Shown: positions 40,019 through 51,744, counted from the first letter of the stretch. The stretch: DNA of 64,000 nt from an uncultured Acidobacteriota bacterium (GCA_963813155.1 CAWEYG010000004.1:64001-128000), one strand, 5' to 3'. The notes: a model not told the origin generated them from the letters alone. Made by a program: numbers and translations.

Positions 40019-41148
40019 TCGTTTATGCGACCGACGACAAGGGCGTCGCTTCGCTCCAGGAGGCCGACGTTCCGCCGATCGGCCCGGGGGAGGCGCTCGT
40101 CAAGGTCGCCGCGTGCGGCGTGTGCAGCTCCGACACGCTCGAGTGGTATGTCCGCCAGAAATCTCCCGTCGTCCTCGGCCACGAGCCGGCCGGCACCGTC
40201 GTCGAAACGGGTCCGGGCGTCACGCATCTGGCCGCCGGCGACCGGGTGTTCTTTCACCACCACGCGCCGTGCCTCGGGTGCGTTTTCTGCCGCCGCGGCC
40301 GGTACGTGCACTGCGAGACCTGGAAGAACACGCGCCTGGATCCGGGCGGCCTGGCCGAGTTCGTGCGTGTCCCCGAGACGAACCTCTCGCGCGACACCCT
40401 GAAGATTCCGGAAGGGCTTCCGATCGAAGCGGGATGCCTGGTGGAGCCGCTCGGAACCGTGATCAAGGCGTTCTCGCGGGGACGATTCCTGCCGGGAATG
40501 TCCGTCCTCGTGGTCGGGCTCGGAATCATGGGGCAGATGGCGGTCGCGATCGCGCGCCGTTTCGGAGCGTCGCGCGTGTTCGGGGCGGACAAGATTCGCG
40601 AGAGGCTGGAAGCGGCGTCGCAGTTCGGCGCCGAGGAGCAGATCGACGTCAACCGGCGGTCCATGTCGGCGATGATCACGCTCTCCACGGGCGGCCGGGG
40701 CGTCGATTTCGTCTTCGTCGGTCCGGGAACGACCCAGGCGATGGAGGAAGGAATTCTCTGCGCCGGAGCGGGCTCGACCGTCGTGTTCTTCACGATGGCG
40801 GAGCCGGGCAAGAAACTCGTCGTGGAGCCGAATGCCCTCTATTTCAAGGAAATCGACCTCGTTTCGTCCTATTCGTGCGGCCCCGAAGATACCCGCGAGG
40901 CGATGCGCCTGATCGCCGAGGGGGAGATCCCGTGGCGGCAGTTCATCACGCACCGTTTCCCGATCGCCGAGGCGCCGGCCGCGTTCCGCAAGGTCAAGGA
41001 AGCGCGGGACGCGCTGAAGGTGATCGTGGAGTTTCCCGGCTTAACGAGCCCCTACAGCCCGATTTCGTCGGCGATCGGCTTGAGCGCCTCGATCAGGAAC
41101 GCGATGTGCTCCTCCAGCGGACGGCCCACCGCGTCCGCCCCGCCGTAG
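40015..41148 (+). CDS. zinc-dependent alcohol/sugar dehydrogenase (MDR family); true end may be near 41044
   Basis: CSSD, GHEPAG, CLGCVFC...C, GLGIMG, ITHRFP. Confidence 0.88.
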   Translation: MIVYATDDKGVASLQEADVPPIGPGEALVKVAACGVCSSDTLEWYVRQKSPVVLGHEPAGTVVETGPGVTHLAAGDRVFFHHHAPCLGCVFCRRGRYVHCETWKNTRLDPGGLAEFVRVPETNLSRDTLKIPEGLPIEAGCLVEPLGTVIKAFSRGRFLPGMSVLVVGLGIMGQMAVAIARRFGASRVFGADKIRERLEAASQFGAEEQIDVNRRSMSAMITLSTGGRGVDFVFVGPGTTQAMEEGILCAGAGSTVVFFTMAEPGKKLVVEPNALYFKEIDLVSSYSCGPEDTREAMRLIAEGEIPWRQFITHRFPIAEAPAAFRKVKEARDALKVIVEFPGLTSPYSPISSAIGLSASIRNAMCSSSGRPTASAPP

Positions 41149-41624
41149 ACGTAGGAGCGGTCCACGGATCGCGCGAAAGCCTTGTCCTTGAGCTTCTTGA
41201 CGACGGATTCGACCGGCAGGTCCGCGATCTTCTTCGTCGGCCGGACCTTGACGCACGCCCCGATGAAGCCGACGGCCTCGTCGCAGGCGTAGATCGACTT
41301 CTTGATCGGCGTGTCGCGCGGGATCTTCATGTAATCCGCGTGCGAGCAGATCGCTTCGACGATCTCTTCCGGGAATCCCCGCTCGCGGAGAATTCCGCCG
41401 CCGACGTGGAGATGGGTGTCTTCGGTCGGGTTCTGCTCGTAATCGAAATCGTGCAGGAGGCCGACGATTCCCCACGTTTCGATGCGCGCGGCCTCGGTCT
41501 CCCCGAACCAGCGGGCGTAAGCACGCATCGCTTCTTCCACGGCGCGTCCGTGCTTGCGCAGCGCGTCGGCCTTCGTGAATTCGAAGAGGAGGGCCTCCGC
41601 GTCGGGCCGGGCGGGAAACGGCAT
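41052..41624 (-). CDS. HD/HDIG-domain phosphohydrolase
   Basis: LRKH..AVE..MR, GLLHDFDYE, ACDE, KKLKDKAFARSVDR. Confidence 0.87.
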   Translation of the reverse strand: MPFPARPDAEALLFEFTKADALRKHGRAVEEAMRAYARWFGETEAARIETWGIVGLLHDFDYEQNPTEDTHLHVGGGILRERGFPEEIVEAICSHADYMKIPRDTPIKKSIYACDEAVGFIGACVKVRPTKKIADLPVESVVKKLKDKAFARSVDRSYVYGGADAVGRPLEEHIAFLIEALKPIADEIGL

Positions 41625-41785
41625 GCGCCCATCATAGGCCAGGTTCCGGGGGCGCGTTTTCAGCCCGACTGCACTGGAATCTGTGCAATTCTGCACGATT
41701 TTGATGCCAATTGACGAATTTGGCCGTTGACTTTTACGATAGTGGCTTTAATATCTTGCTTTCAATGCAGAAAAAGGAGGGCAAG

Positions 41786-43168
<1,383 letters not shown>

Positions 43169-43179
43169 GTCTCACTCTT

Positions 43180-43257
43180 CGCCCCCTCCCGCGGTGACCA
43201 GTCTTCTGAAGGCTGCCACTCCGGAGAGGGGGCGGCCGGAGGCCCGGGGGTGAGGTC
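43180..43257. repeat. REP-like palindromic element between convergent genes
   Basis: CGCCCCCTCC...GGAGAGGGGGCG followed by GCCGGAGGCCCGGGGGTGAGGTC, similar to 17046-17091. Confidence 0.55.
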
Positions 43258-44693
43258 TACGATTTTCCGGTGAGGTGAGGGGGGCGGGTCTCCGCCTCGC
43301 GTTCGAGCGCCTGGATCCGTTTCTGGCGCTCGCGTTCCTTTGAGTCGTCCACGGATTTCTGCTTCTCCTTCACTCCGGAAAACATCGACGAGATCGTGAA
43401 GAGCAGGCTCACGTTTCCGGGGAGCTTGGCTTTCTTCGCCGACGCGCCCCAGATCTTCGCTTTCTTGAACTTCGCCTCCGAGAGGTCGGCCTTCCCGAAG
43501 TCCGCCCCTCGGAGGCTCGCTTCCGAGAAGTCGGCGCCGATCGCCCGCGCAAACCGAAAGTCCGACTCGGCCAGGTTTGCGCCGCGGAACGAGGCGGAAA
43601 TGAGCAACGCCCCGGAAAAATTCGCGTCTCCCGCGGTGGAATTCGAAAAGTCCGCCCGCTTGAGGTTCGCCTGCCGGAAACTCGCCTTCGAGAAGGTCGC
43701 CCGGGAGAAGTTCACTTCGTCTGCGACGCACTCGGCGGCATCCGTGTCGATGAACTTCGCGGCCGCAAAGGAATGGCCTTTCAGGTTCGCGCGGCGCAGG
43801 ATCGCGCGGGAAAAATCGGCTCCCGCGAAATTGCATCGGGACAGTTTGTGCGTGCGGAAATCGACTTCCTGCAGCTTCGCTTCGCCGAAGCTCGCCGCTT
43901 CGCCCGTGGCGTCGAGGAGTCCCACGCGGCGCAGGTCGGCCTTCGTCCAGCGCGAGCCGCCCAGCTTCGCGCGCGTGAAATTCGCGGACGCGGCGACGCA
44001 CTGGTCGGCGTCGACGCCCTCGAGGTTCGCGCCTTCGAAGTCGGCCCCGGCGATCGTGGCCTGTCGGAGCATCGCGCCGGTCAGCTTCGCGCCGCGAAAA
44101 TCGGATTCCGAGAGGTCGGAGAGGCGCAGGTTGCATTTTTCGAGATTCGCGCCGGCAAAAGAGCCGCGCTGGCACTTGACCGTCTCCAGCGACGCCTCGG
44201 AGAGATTCGCTTCCTCGAAAATCGTGCCGACGACTTTTGCGCCTCGCAGGTTGGCGCCCACGAGCCTGGCCTTTCGAAAGACCGCCCCGGAGATGTCGCT
44301 TCCTTCGATCCGCCAGCCGTCGAGCTCCGCGCCGGTGAAATCGCTGCCCGCAAAAGAGGTGTTGCGGGCGCTGACGTTCGTGAAGCGGGCGCCGGGAAAA
44401 CTGCAGTTCGAAAGGTCCAGGTAGTCGAGCGTCACGTGGTCGAAAATCGCGCCGCCCGCCTGAACCCGCTGCATGACGGTGTCCTTGCAGGTCGCCCGGG
44501 TGAAGTTCGTGCGCTCGATCTTCGTCCCCTCGAACCGCGCGCGCGTGAGGTCCGTCCGGGAAAGGTCTTTTCCGGAAAGGTCCTGGGCCGAAAAGTCGGC
44601 GCCGGTGAAATCCGGAGTCACGGAAGCGTTCGTCCTGCGCCAGGCGTCCCAGTCGGGCGACATCAGCGCTTTCAGGTGTTCCGCGTTCGCCAT
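43257..44693 (-). CDS. pentapeptide-repeat protein
   Basis: About 400 aa of A(D/N)(F/L)xx repeats after an N-terminal W..WR motif. Confidence 0.92.
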   Translation of the reverse strand: MANAEHLKALMSPDWDAWRRTNASVTPDFTGADFSAQDLSGKDLSRTDLTRARFEGTKIERTNFTRATCKDTVMQRVQAGGAIFDHVTLDYLDLSNCSFPGARFTNVSARNTSFAGSDFTGAELDGWRIEGSDISGAVFRKARLVGANLRGAKVVGTIFEEANLSEASLETVKCQRGSFAGANLEKCNLRLSDLSESDFRGAKLTGAMLRQATIAGADFEGANLEGVDADQCVAASANFTRAKLGGSRWTKADLRRVGLLDATGEAASFGEAKLQEVDFRTHKLSRCNFAGADFSRAILRRANLKGHSFAAAKFIDTDAAECVADEVNFSRATFSKASFRQANLKRADFSNSTAGDANFSGALLISASFRGANLAESDFRFARAIGADFSEASLRGADFGKADLSEAKFKKAKIWGASAKKAKLPGNVSLLFTISSMFSGVKEKQKSVDDSKERERQKRIQALEREAETRPPHLTGKS

Positions 44694-44764
44694 TGCGGGG
44701 ATTCTATCCCGGGCGCGCGCGCTCCTCCGCTCCCCGAGGGAAGTGCGATTAGAATGAGGCTCGA

Positions 44765-46234
44765 ATGAAGGGCATCGAGAAGATTCGGCGGGCGCTCGTC
44801 GGCGGCCATCCCGTCCTCTACATTCAGACCTGGGAAGAGGGCCGCGTGGAAAGGCTCGTCGCGCACCTCGCGAAGACGTTCTACAAGCAACCCTCCTCTT
44901 ACGGAGTCTGGACGATCGTGGACGGCCTGCAGGAAGACGGCCGCCCGGTGCCCGAGACGCGGGACCCCCTTCAGGCGCTCTCGGCGATCATGGCCGGGAA
45001 AGGGCCCGGCTTCTATCTCCTGAAGGACTTTCCGGCGTCGATGGACGGGCGTCCGGAGCTCACGCGCCGCCTGCGCGACACCTATCGGGCGCTCAAGGAC
45101 AAGGGGCGGTTCGTCTTCCTCGTGTCGCCGAGGATCGTGATCCCGGAGGACGCGAAGAAGGAAATTTTCTACATCGACTACGAGCTTCCGGACGAAGCCG
45201 AAATCGGCAAGATCCTCGAAGCGACCTTCAAGGCGCGTCCGGCGAACAGCCCCATGTCGGACGCGGACACGAAGAAGCTATCGCTCGCTCTCAAGGGCCT
45301 CACCGCGGACGAGATCGGCCACCTCCTGCAGAAGGTCTTCGCGGCGCGCACCGCGTTCGACGACGCCGCGCTGAACGAGGTTCTGGCCGAGAAGGAGCAG
45401 ATGTCGAAGAAGGACGGCATCCTCGAATTCGTCCCGCCCCGGTTCACGATCGACGACCTCGGCGGCTATCAGAACCTGAAGGAATGGCTGATCCGGCGCA
45501 AATCACTGTTCAGCCGGGAAGCGCTGGAGGCGGGAATCCCGATCCCGAAGGGAATCCTTCTCATGGGGATGTCCGGCTGCGGAAAGAGCCTCGGCATCAA
45601 GGTGATCTCGACCCTGTGGAACCTGCCGCTCTTCCGGCTCGACATGAACACCGTCTTCTCCGGCCAGGCCGGCAACGCGGAAATGACGTTCCTGAAAGCC
45701 CTGAAAACCGTCGAAGCCGCTTCGCCCGCCGTGCTCTGGATCGACGAAATCGAGATGGGGGTCGGGTCGACGGGAACGGGAGACTCCTCGATGTCGCGAA
45801 TCTTCGCCGGGTTCCTCACCTGGATGCAGGAGAAGGACCCGTTCGTGTTCGTCGCCGCGACGGCGAACAGGATCCAGCTCCTTCCGGCCGAGATCATCCG
45901 GAAGGGCCGGTTCGACCAGGTGTTCTTCGTGGATCTCCCCAACGAGGAAGAGAGAAAGCAGATTTTCGGGATTCACCTCGCCCGCAACCGGCAGGACCCG
46001 TCGAAATTCGACCTCGTCTTCCTGGCGAAGGCGACGAAGGGATGGAACGGCGCCGAGATCGAGCAGTCGGTCGTGTCGGCGGTCGTCGACGCCTATGCCG
46101 ACAAGCGCTCGATCACCGAGCAGGACCTGTATCGGATGATCTCGGCGACGGTGCCGCTGTCCGTCACGATGGAAGACCAGATCAAGGCGATCAAGTCGTG
46201 GGCGCACGACCGCGCCATTTCCGCCAGCAAGTAG
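44765..46234 (+). CDS. AAA+ ATPase (Ycf46-like)
   Basis: TWEEGRV, LKDF, PKGILL.GMSGCGKS, LWIDEIE, ATAN, RKGRFD..FFVDLP. Confidence 0.88.
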   Translation: MKGIEKIRRALVGGHPVLYIQTWEEGRVERLVAHLAKTFYKQPSSYGVWTIVDGLQEDGRPVPETRDPLQALSAIMAGKGPGFYLLKDFPASMDGRPELTRRLRDTYRALKDKGRFVFLVSPRIVIPEDAKKEIFYIDYELPDEAEIGKILEATFKARPANSPMSDADTKKLSLALKGLTADEIGHLLQKVFAARTAFDDAALNEVLAEKEQMSKKDGILEFVPPRFTIDDLGGYQNLKEWLIRRKSLFSREALEAGIPIPKGILLMGMSGCGKSLGIKVISTLWNLPLFRLDMNTVFSGQAGNAEMTFLKALKTVEAASPAVLWIDEIEMGVGSTGTGDSSMSRIFAGFLTWMQEKDPFVFVAATANRIQLLPAEIIRKGRFDQVFFVDLPNEEERKQIFGIHLARNRQDPSKFDLVFLAKATKGWNGAEIEQSVVSAVVDAYADKRSITEQDLYRMISATVPLSVTMEDQIKAIKSWAHDRAISASK

Positions 46235-46376
46235 AAGGCTCGGCCCACTCGGGTCAAGCCCCAGCGCCGGTCTCGGCAAGTCTCTTCGACCCTCGGCCGC
46301 AGTTCGCTTTCCCTCGGGATCTCAGAGACCAGCCTGCGCCGGCGCGTTGGCCCCGACCCTCGCGGGCCGAGCGAGC

Positions 46377-46934
46377 CTAGCCGACGGTGAGCAGGTTGTG
46401 CACGCGCGCGACGCCTCCCGTCTTCCGCGCGGTGTCGACGGCCGTCTTGCGGATCTCCGCGCTCGGCACGGCGCCTTTCAGGCTGACGACGCTGCCGGAA
46501 GCCTCCACCTCGATCTTCATCGCGTTGCCCCCGACCTGATCGAACAGGCGCGCCTTGACCTTCGCTTCCAGGAGCGCGTTCTTGAATTTCGTCTTCGTGC
46601 GGTCGGCGGACGTCTTCGCCTTCGTGGCCGGGCCGCTCCCGACCTCGATACGGTTTTCCACCTTCTCGACGCCCTTCACGGAGCTCGCGGCCTGCGGGGC
46701 GAGCTCCTGCGTATTGGCCTTTTCGACCGAGCCGGAGAGCACGATGTTGCCGCCGTTGACCTGGATTGCGACGCCGAGAGCGTCGGTGCCGAAGTGCTCC
46801 AGCAGGACGGCTCGGACTTTGACGTGGGTCGCGGCTTCGTCGAGGCTCTCGGCCGCGAGCGGCCTCGAAATTGCGATCGCCGCCGCCACGAGGGTCAGTA
46901 TCCCGAGGGTGAGGCCCCATTTCGCTTTTTTCAT
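46377..46934 (-). CDS. secreted dual-BON-domain (OsmY-like) protein
   Basis: Signal peptide; two V.LSG/LKG...V.GV..V.N.(I/L) units. Confidence 0.87.
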   Translation of the reverse strand: MKKAKWGLTLGILTLVAAAIAISRPLAAESLDEAATHVKVRAVLLEHFGTDALGVAIQVNGGNIVLSGSVEKANTQELAPQAASSVKGVEKVENRIEVGSGPATKAKTSADRTKTKFKNALLEAKVKARLFDQVGGNAMKIEVEASGSVVSLKGAVPSAEIRKTAVDTARKTGGVARVHNLLTVG

Positions 46935-46977
46935 CTTTCGCTCCTCTGGCGAGGGGAGAGCGAACCGCATGCCAAGG

Positions 46978-47619
46978 CTAATTCGACAGGGGATCGACCG
47001 ATTCGGCGCGATAAGGCTTCAGGAAATCCGACATTTCCTTCCATTCCGCGAGCCGCGCCGAAATCGCGCCGAACCGTTCCGGAAGCGATCCCGCCTCGAG
47101 GATCTTCTGAAGGGTCTCGGGGGGCCACCTCAAGCGGAGCGCCAGCTCGCCCGACAGCCTCTCCGGGGAGAGGGACTCCGACGGGAGGGGGGGCAGATCG
47201 AGCTGCGGCTGAAGGCCGGTGAAGAGCTCGCGGACTCCGGTTACGGTCGCCTGTTCTTCGACGTCCGAGCGAAACGGCTCGGTCGGAGCCTCTTCGACCG
47301 TCGCCGTCCGGTAGGGGCGCGTCGGTTCCTCGTGGACGATCCGGAACCGGAAGGTTCCTTCGAGGATGATGTTGTACCGGCCGTCCTCCAGGATCTCGTG
47401 CTCGACGATCCGGCCCGCTCCTCCGAAGTCGTGGATGGCGGGAAGGCCGGGGACGAGCTCCGGTTCGGAGGTGGAAATCATGGCCATCCCGATGACCCGG
47501 TCCGATTCCAGGGCATGCGCGACCAGGGCGCGATACCTCGGCTCGAAGACGTGGAGCGGCAGGAGGGTTCCCGGGAAGAGAACGACTCCCGGCAGCGGAA
47601 AGAGCGGGATCGTTCTCAC
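46978..47619 (-). CDS. LON peptidase N-terminal substrate-binding domain protein
   Basis: IPLFPLPGVVLFPG..LPLHVFEPRYR, DGRYNI. Confidence 0.87.
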   Translation of the reverse strand: MRTIPLFPLPGVVLFPGTLLPLHVFEPRYRALVAHALESDRVIGMAMISTSEPELVPGLPAIHDFGGAGRIVEHEILEDGRYNIILEGTFRFRIVHEEPTRPYRTATVEEAPTEPFRSDVEEQATVTGVRELFTGLQPQLDLPPLPSESLSPERLSGELALRLRWPPETLQKILEAGSLPERFGAISARLAEWKEMSDFLKPYRAESVDPLSN

Positions 47620-47846
47620 CCGTCGTTGCCGATCGCTTCCACCGGGCACGAGTCCATAGCCTCCTGGCAGGCCGCCTCTTCCTCGGCGTTCTCCGCCTGC
47701 TTGAACACGTACGAATATCCCTTGTCTTCCTCGCGGCGGAAGTTCGCCGGGGCCGTGACTCGGCACACGTCGCAGTCGATGCACTGCGTGTCCACGTAGT
47801 GCTTTCCGGGCGCGTTCTCCGCGAGCTTGTCGTTCTTTTCGGCCAT
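47616..47846 (-). CDS. ferredoxin
   Basis: YVDTQCIDCDVCR..AP.NF...CPVEAIG. Confidence 0.88.
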   Translation of the reverse strand: MAEKNDKLAENAPGKHYVDTQCIDCDVCRVTAPANFRREEDKGYSYVFKQAENAEEEAACQEAMDSCPVEAIGNDG

Positions 47847-47927
47847 CCGGAAACCACACGATACAACGCCCGCGACGGTTCGCTGACAAAGCTCGCTCGC
47901 GGCCGCCGCTGAAGCTAAAATCGCCTC

Positions 47928-49922
47928 GTGCTCTATCGTTTCGAGAACGCCGTCAAGAGCTATGGGCCCAAGAGCGTCCTGCAGGGGGCTTCGTGGCAGC
48001 ACAACCCCGGCGAGAAGGTCGGTTTGATCGGGCGCAACGGCGCCGGCAAGACGACTCTCCTGAGGCTGGTGCTGGGAAGCGAGGAAACCGACGCGGGCCG
48101 CGTCGTCCGCGCGACGAATATCCGGATCGGATCCGTGGATCAGACGCTCGCTTCCGATCCGGGCGAGCCCCTCGAGGAGTTTGCCGCGGGCGCGTTCGGG
48201 CACCTGCAGCAGGTCGAGGCCGAGATGCGGCGGCTCGAGCACGAGCTCGCCGAGGGGGGCGCCGACCACGATTCGCCCGCGTATCACGCGATCGCGGACC
48301 GTTACGACAAGCTCCAGCACCGGTTCGAGACCGAGGGCGGGTACGCGATGCAGGCGGACGTGGAGCGGATCCTGTCGGGGCTGGGCTTCTCGCGGGCCGA
48401 CCTTCGCCGGCCGATGGCGGAGCTGTCCGGCGGCCAGAAGAACCGGGCGATGCTGGCCCGGGCCCTGCTCGGCCAGCCGGATGTCCTGCTGCTCGACGAG
48501 CCCACGAATCACCTCGATTTCGCCGGGATGGAATTCCTCGAGGAGAATCTGCAGCAGAGCAAGAAAGCCTTCCTGGCGGTGTCGCACGACCGCCGGTTCC
48601 TGAACCGGGTCTGCACGAAAATTCTGGAGCTCGAATTCGGCCGTCTGACGGAGTATCCCGGAAACTACGAGGCCTACCGGAGCCAGAAGGCCGGGCGCCT
48701 CCTGACGGCCGTGCGCGCGTACGAAAAGCAGCGGGATCACATCGAGAAAACGGAAGACTTCATCCGCCGCAACATCGCGGGGCAGAAGACGAAGCAGGCG
48801 AGGGGACGCAGAACGCATCTCGCGAAGATGGACCGCCTCGAGAATCCCGTCGAAGACGCCACCGAGGTGCTCTTTCGCTTCGAGCCGGACAAGAAGGGGG
48901 GCCGGAGCTTCGTTCGCGCGCGGGATCTCGACGTGGGCTACGAGCCCGGGAAACCGGTCGTCCGGAGGGTCTCGTTCGAGCTTCTCCGCGGAGAGCGCAT
49001 GGCGATCCTGGGGGAGAACGGCAGCGGCAAGTCGACGCTCCTGAAGACGCTCTCCGGAAGGCTCGAGCCCCTCTCCGGAGGCGCCGATCTGGGTTACGAG
49101 GTCTCGATCGGCTACTACGATCAGGAGCTTCGCGACCTCGATCCGAAGAAGCGCGTCATCGACGCCGTCTGGGACCTCCACCGCACGGAGACGGAGCTCG
49201 AAGTGCGCTCGTACCTCGCCCTGTTCGATTTTCGCGAGGACGAGGTGTTTGCGCCGATTTCCGGCCTCTCCGGCGGCGAAAAGGGACGGCTCACGCTCGC
49301 GGTCGTCATGAAGCAGAACCACAACCTGCTGCTGCTCGACGAGCCCACGAATCATCTCGACCTCGATTCCCGCGAGGCGCTGGAGCAGGCGCTGCAGCAG
49401 TTCCCCGGGTCGATTCTCTTCGTCTCGCACGACCGGACGTTCGTCGACCGGCTCGCGACCGAGGTCCTCGACATCGACCGCGGGTTCGCGCGGAAAATGC
49501 CGGGAAATTATTCCGAGACGGCGGCCGAGCGGCGCGAGCGCCGGGAAAGGCCGGTCCCCGCGCTCCCCGCCGAGCCGCGAAAGCTCCCCGATCCGGGAAC
49601 GCGGGCGCAGGAATCGGCGGAGGAAGCTCGGCGCGCCGAACCGGCGCCGAAGAGCGCTCGGCGGGAACGCGCGGCCGAAAGGGCGGAGGACCCGGCGCGC
49701 TCGGCGCGAAAGCAGGAGCAGAAGATTCAGCGGCTCGAGAAGCGCATTGCCGAGCTCGAGGCCGAGGTCGCTTCACGGGAGACGCTCCTGTACGACGAAG
49801 GCGACCGGCTCGACGCGCTTTCGGCGGCGAGGATCTGGAAAGAGAAGGAAGAGGCCAAACGAAAGCTGGAGGACCTCTTCGAGGAATGGAGCGAGCTTTC
49901 CGCGGCCGCGGGAGCTCCGTGA
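47928..49922 (+). CDS. ABC-F family ATPase
   Basis: Two ABC cassettes (GRNGAGKT, LSGGQ, LDEPTNHLD; GENGSGKS, LSGGE, LDEPTNHLD), no TM, C-terminal coiled coil. Confidence 0.92.
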   Translation: MLYRFENAVKSYGPKSVLQGASWQHNPGEKVGLIGRNGAGKTTLLRLVLGSEETDAGRVVRATNIRIGSVDQTLASDPGEPLEEFAAGAFGHLQQVEAEMRRLEHELAEGGADHDSPAYHAIADRYDKLQHRFETEGGYAMQADVERILSGLGFSRADLRRPMAELSGGQKNRAMLARALLGQPDVLLLDEPTNHLDFAGMEFLEENLQQSKKAFLAVSHDRRFLNRVCTKILELEFGRLTEYPGNYEAYRSQKAGRLLTAVRAYEKQRDHIEKTEDFIRRNIAGQKTKQARGRRTHLAKMDRLENPVEDATEVLFRFEPDKKGGRSFVRARDLDVGYEPGKPVVRRVSFELLRGERMAILGENGSGKSTLLKTLSGRLEPLSGGADLGYEVSIGYYDQELRDLDPKKRVIDAVWDLHRTETELEVRSYLALFDFREDEVFAPISGLSGGEKGRLTLAVVMKQNHNLLLLDEPTNHLDLDSREALEQALQQFPGSILFVSHDRTFVDRLATEVLDIDRGFARKMPGNYSETAAERRERRERPVPALPAEPRKLPDPGTRAQESAEEARRAEPAPKSARRERAAERAEDPARSARKQEQKIQRLEKRIAELEAEVASRETLLYDEGDRLDALSAARIWKEKEEAKRKLEDLFEEWSELSAAAGAP

Positions 49923-51157
49923 AGGCCGCGATCATCGCCGTCGGAAGCGAGCTTCTCGGGACCACGCGGCTCGACACGAATTCGCTCTGGCTCACGGAAA
50001 GGCTCGAATCGATCGGGATTCCGGTCGTTCGGAAGGCGAGCGTCATCGACGACGCCGGAGAGATCCATGCAGAGCTCGCGACCGCGCTCTCTCGCGCGGG
50101 AATCGTCGTCGCGACGGGCGGCCTCGGCCCGACGGCGGACGACCTGACGAAAGAGGCCGTGGCCGAATACTTCGGCCGGCCTCTCCGACTCGACCCGGAG
50201 CAGCTCGAGACGCTTCGCGCGCGCTTTGCGCTTCGAGGGATCGAGATGCCGGCGATCAACGAGAAGCAGGCGTACGCGGTGGAAGGGGCTCGCGTTCTCA
50301 AGAATCCCCGGGGATCCGCGCCGGGCGTCTGGCTCGAGGAAGGCGACTCGGTGGTCGTGCTTCTTCCCGGCGTTCCCAAAGAGATGCGCGGAATGTTCGA
50401 AGAGGAGGTTCTTCCGGACCTCTCGCGGCGGTTCGGCGCCGGCCCCCGCCATCGGCGCGTCCTGAAAATCGCCGCGATGGGCGAATCGGCGATCGAGGAC
50501 CGCGTGAAGCCGGTCTACGACAAGTGGCCGGATCACGCGTTCACGATTCTCGGATCGCCGGGGGAGGTGCAGCTGCACCTTTCGGCGGCGGGAGCGGAAC
50601 CGGAAGCCCGTCGCGTTCTCGACGCGCAGAGCCTCGACTTCGAAGGCGCGCTCCCGGGCAGGATCTACGGCCGGGACGGAGAAACCCTCGAGCAGGTGGT
50701 GGGCGAGCGCCTTCGGCGGGCGGGGAAGACGCTTTCCCTGGCCGAATCCTGCACGGGCGGCCTCGTCGCGGAACGACTGACGGAGGTTCCGGGGTCGAGC
50801 GACTATTTTCTCGGCGGGGTCGTTTCCTACTCGGACGGAGCAAAAGTCGATCTGCTCGGGGTTTCCCCCTCGACGATCGAGAGCCACGGCGCCGTTTCCG
50901 AAGAGACCGCCCGCGAAATGGCACAGGGAGCGAGACGGCGGTTCGGGAGCGACTGCGCCCTCGCGATCACGGGGATCGCCGGCCCGGCGGGAGGGACTCC
51001 GGAGAAACCGGTGGGAACGGTGTGGCTCGCGCTCGCCGGGATCGACGCCGGGGTGGAGACGAAACGGCTTCGCGTCCCGGGCGACCGGCAGACGATCCGC
51101 GCCTGGACGTGCGCGGCGGCGCTCGAGATGCTGCGAAGCCGGCTCGGCGGATCGTGA
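49919..51157 (+). CDS. cinA: competence/damage-inducible protein CinA (NMN deamidase fusion)
   Basis: VGSELL...DTN, TGGLGPTADDLT, LPGVPKEM, AESCTGG, GAVS, TGIAGP.GG..EKPVGTV. Confidence 0.92.
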   Translation: MKAAIIAVGSELLGTTRLDTNSLWLTERLESIGIPVVRKASVIDDAGEIHAELATALSRAGIVVATGGLGPTADDLTKEAVAEYFGRPLRLDPEQLETLRARFALRGIEMPAINEKQAYAVEGARVLKNPRGSAPGVWLEEGDSVVVLLPGVPKEMRGMFEEEVLPDLSRRFGAGPRHRRVLKIAAMGESAIEDRVKPVYDKWPDHAFTILGSPGEVQLHLSAAGAEPEARRVLDAQSLDFEGALPGRIYGRDGETLEQVVGERLRRAGKTLSLAESCTGGLVAERLTEVPGSSDYFLGGVVSYSDGAKVDLLGVSPSTIESHGAVSEETAREMAQGARRRFGSDCALAITGIAGPAGGTPEKPVGTVWLALAGIDAGVETKRLRVPGDRQTIRAWTCAAALEMLRSRLGGS

Positions 51158-51744
51158 TGGCGAACCTGCTGCTCCTCGCGTCTTATCTTCTCGGCTCGGT
51201 CTCGTTTTCGATCGTCGTCGTCCGTCTCATCGCCCACAAGGACATCCGCGAAGAAGGCTCGGGGAATGCGGGAGCGACGAACGTGCTGCGCAATCACGGC
51301 GCGGCCGCGGGAATCGTGGTCGCGCTTCTCGACGTGGCGAAGGGGGCCGCGGCCGTGATCGCCATGCGCGCCGTGACGGCGAATCCCGCCTACGTCGCGG
51401 GCGCCGCGTTTGCGGTGATCCTCGGGCACGTCTTTCCGCTCTTCTTTCGATTTCGCGGGGGCAAGGGGGTCGCGACGACCCTCGGGGCTTTCGCCGCCGC
51501 GGCCTGGGCGCCGACCCTCGTCGCGGCCGGGATCTTTCTCGCTGTCGTCGCGGTCACCCGGTACGTCTCTCTGGGGTCGATCCTCGCGACCGTCGCCCTG
51601 CCTCCCGTCTCGATTCTGCTGTTTCGAGTACCGGACGCGATCGTTCTCGCCGAATGCGCGGTCGCCCTGCTCGTGCTCTTCAAACACCTCGAGAATCTGA
51701 AGCGCCTGGCCGCCGGAACCGAGCGGAAGCTGGGCTCGAAGTGA
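51157..51744 (+). CDS. plsY: glycerol-3-phosphate acyltransferase
   Basis: YLLGS, GSGNAGATNVLR, DVAKG, GH.FP.F..FRGGKGVAT, KH.EN..RL..GTE. Confidence 0.92.
   Translation: MANLLLLASYLLGSVSFSIVVVRLIAHKDIREEGSGNAGATNVLRNHGAAAGIVVALLDVAKGAAAVIAMRAVTANPAYVAGAAFAVILGHVFPLFFRFRGGKGVATTLGAFAAAAWAPTLVAAGIFLAVVAVTRYVSLGSILATVALPPVSILLFRVPDAIVLAECAVALLVLFKHLENLKRLAAGTERKLGSK

Noticed and set aside
41741-41760. sigma54 promoter TGGC...TTGC upstream of glnA
   Set aside because: GG-to-GC spacing is 12 nt, not the required 10.
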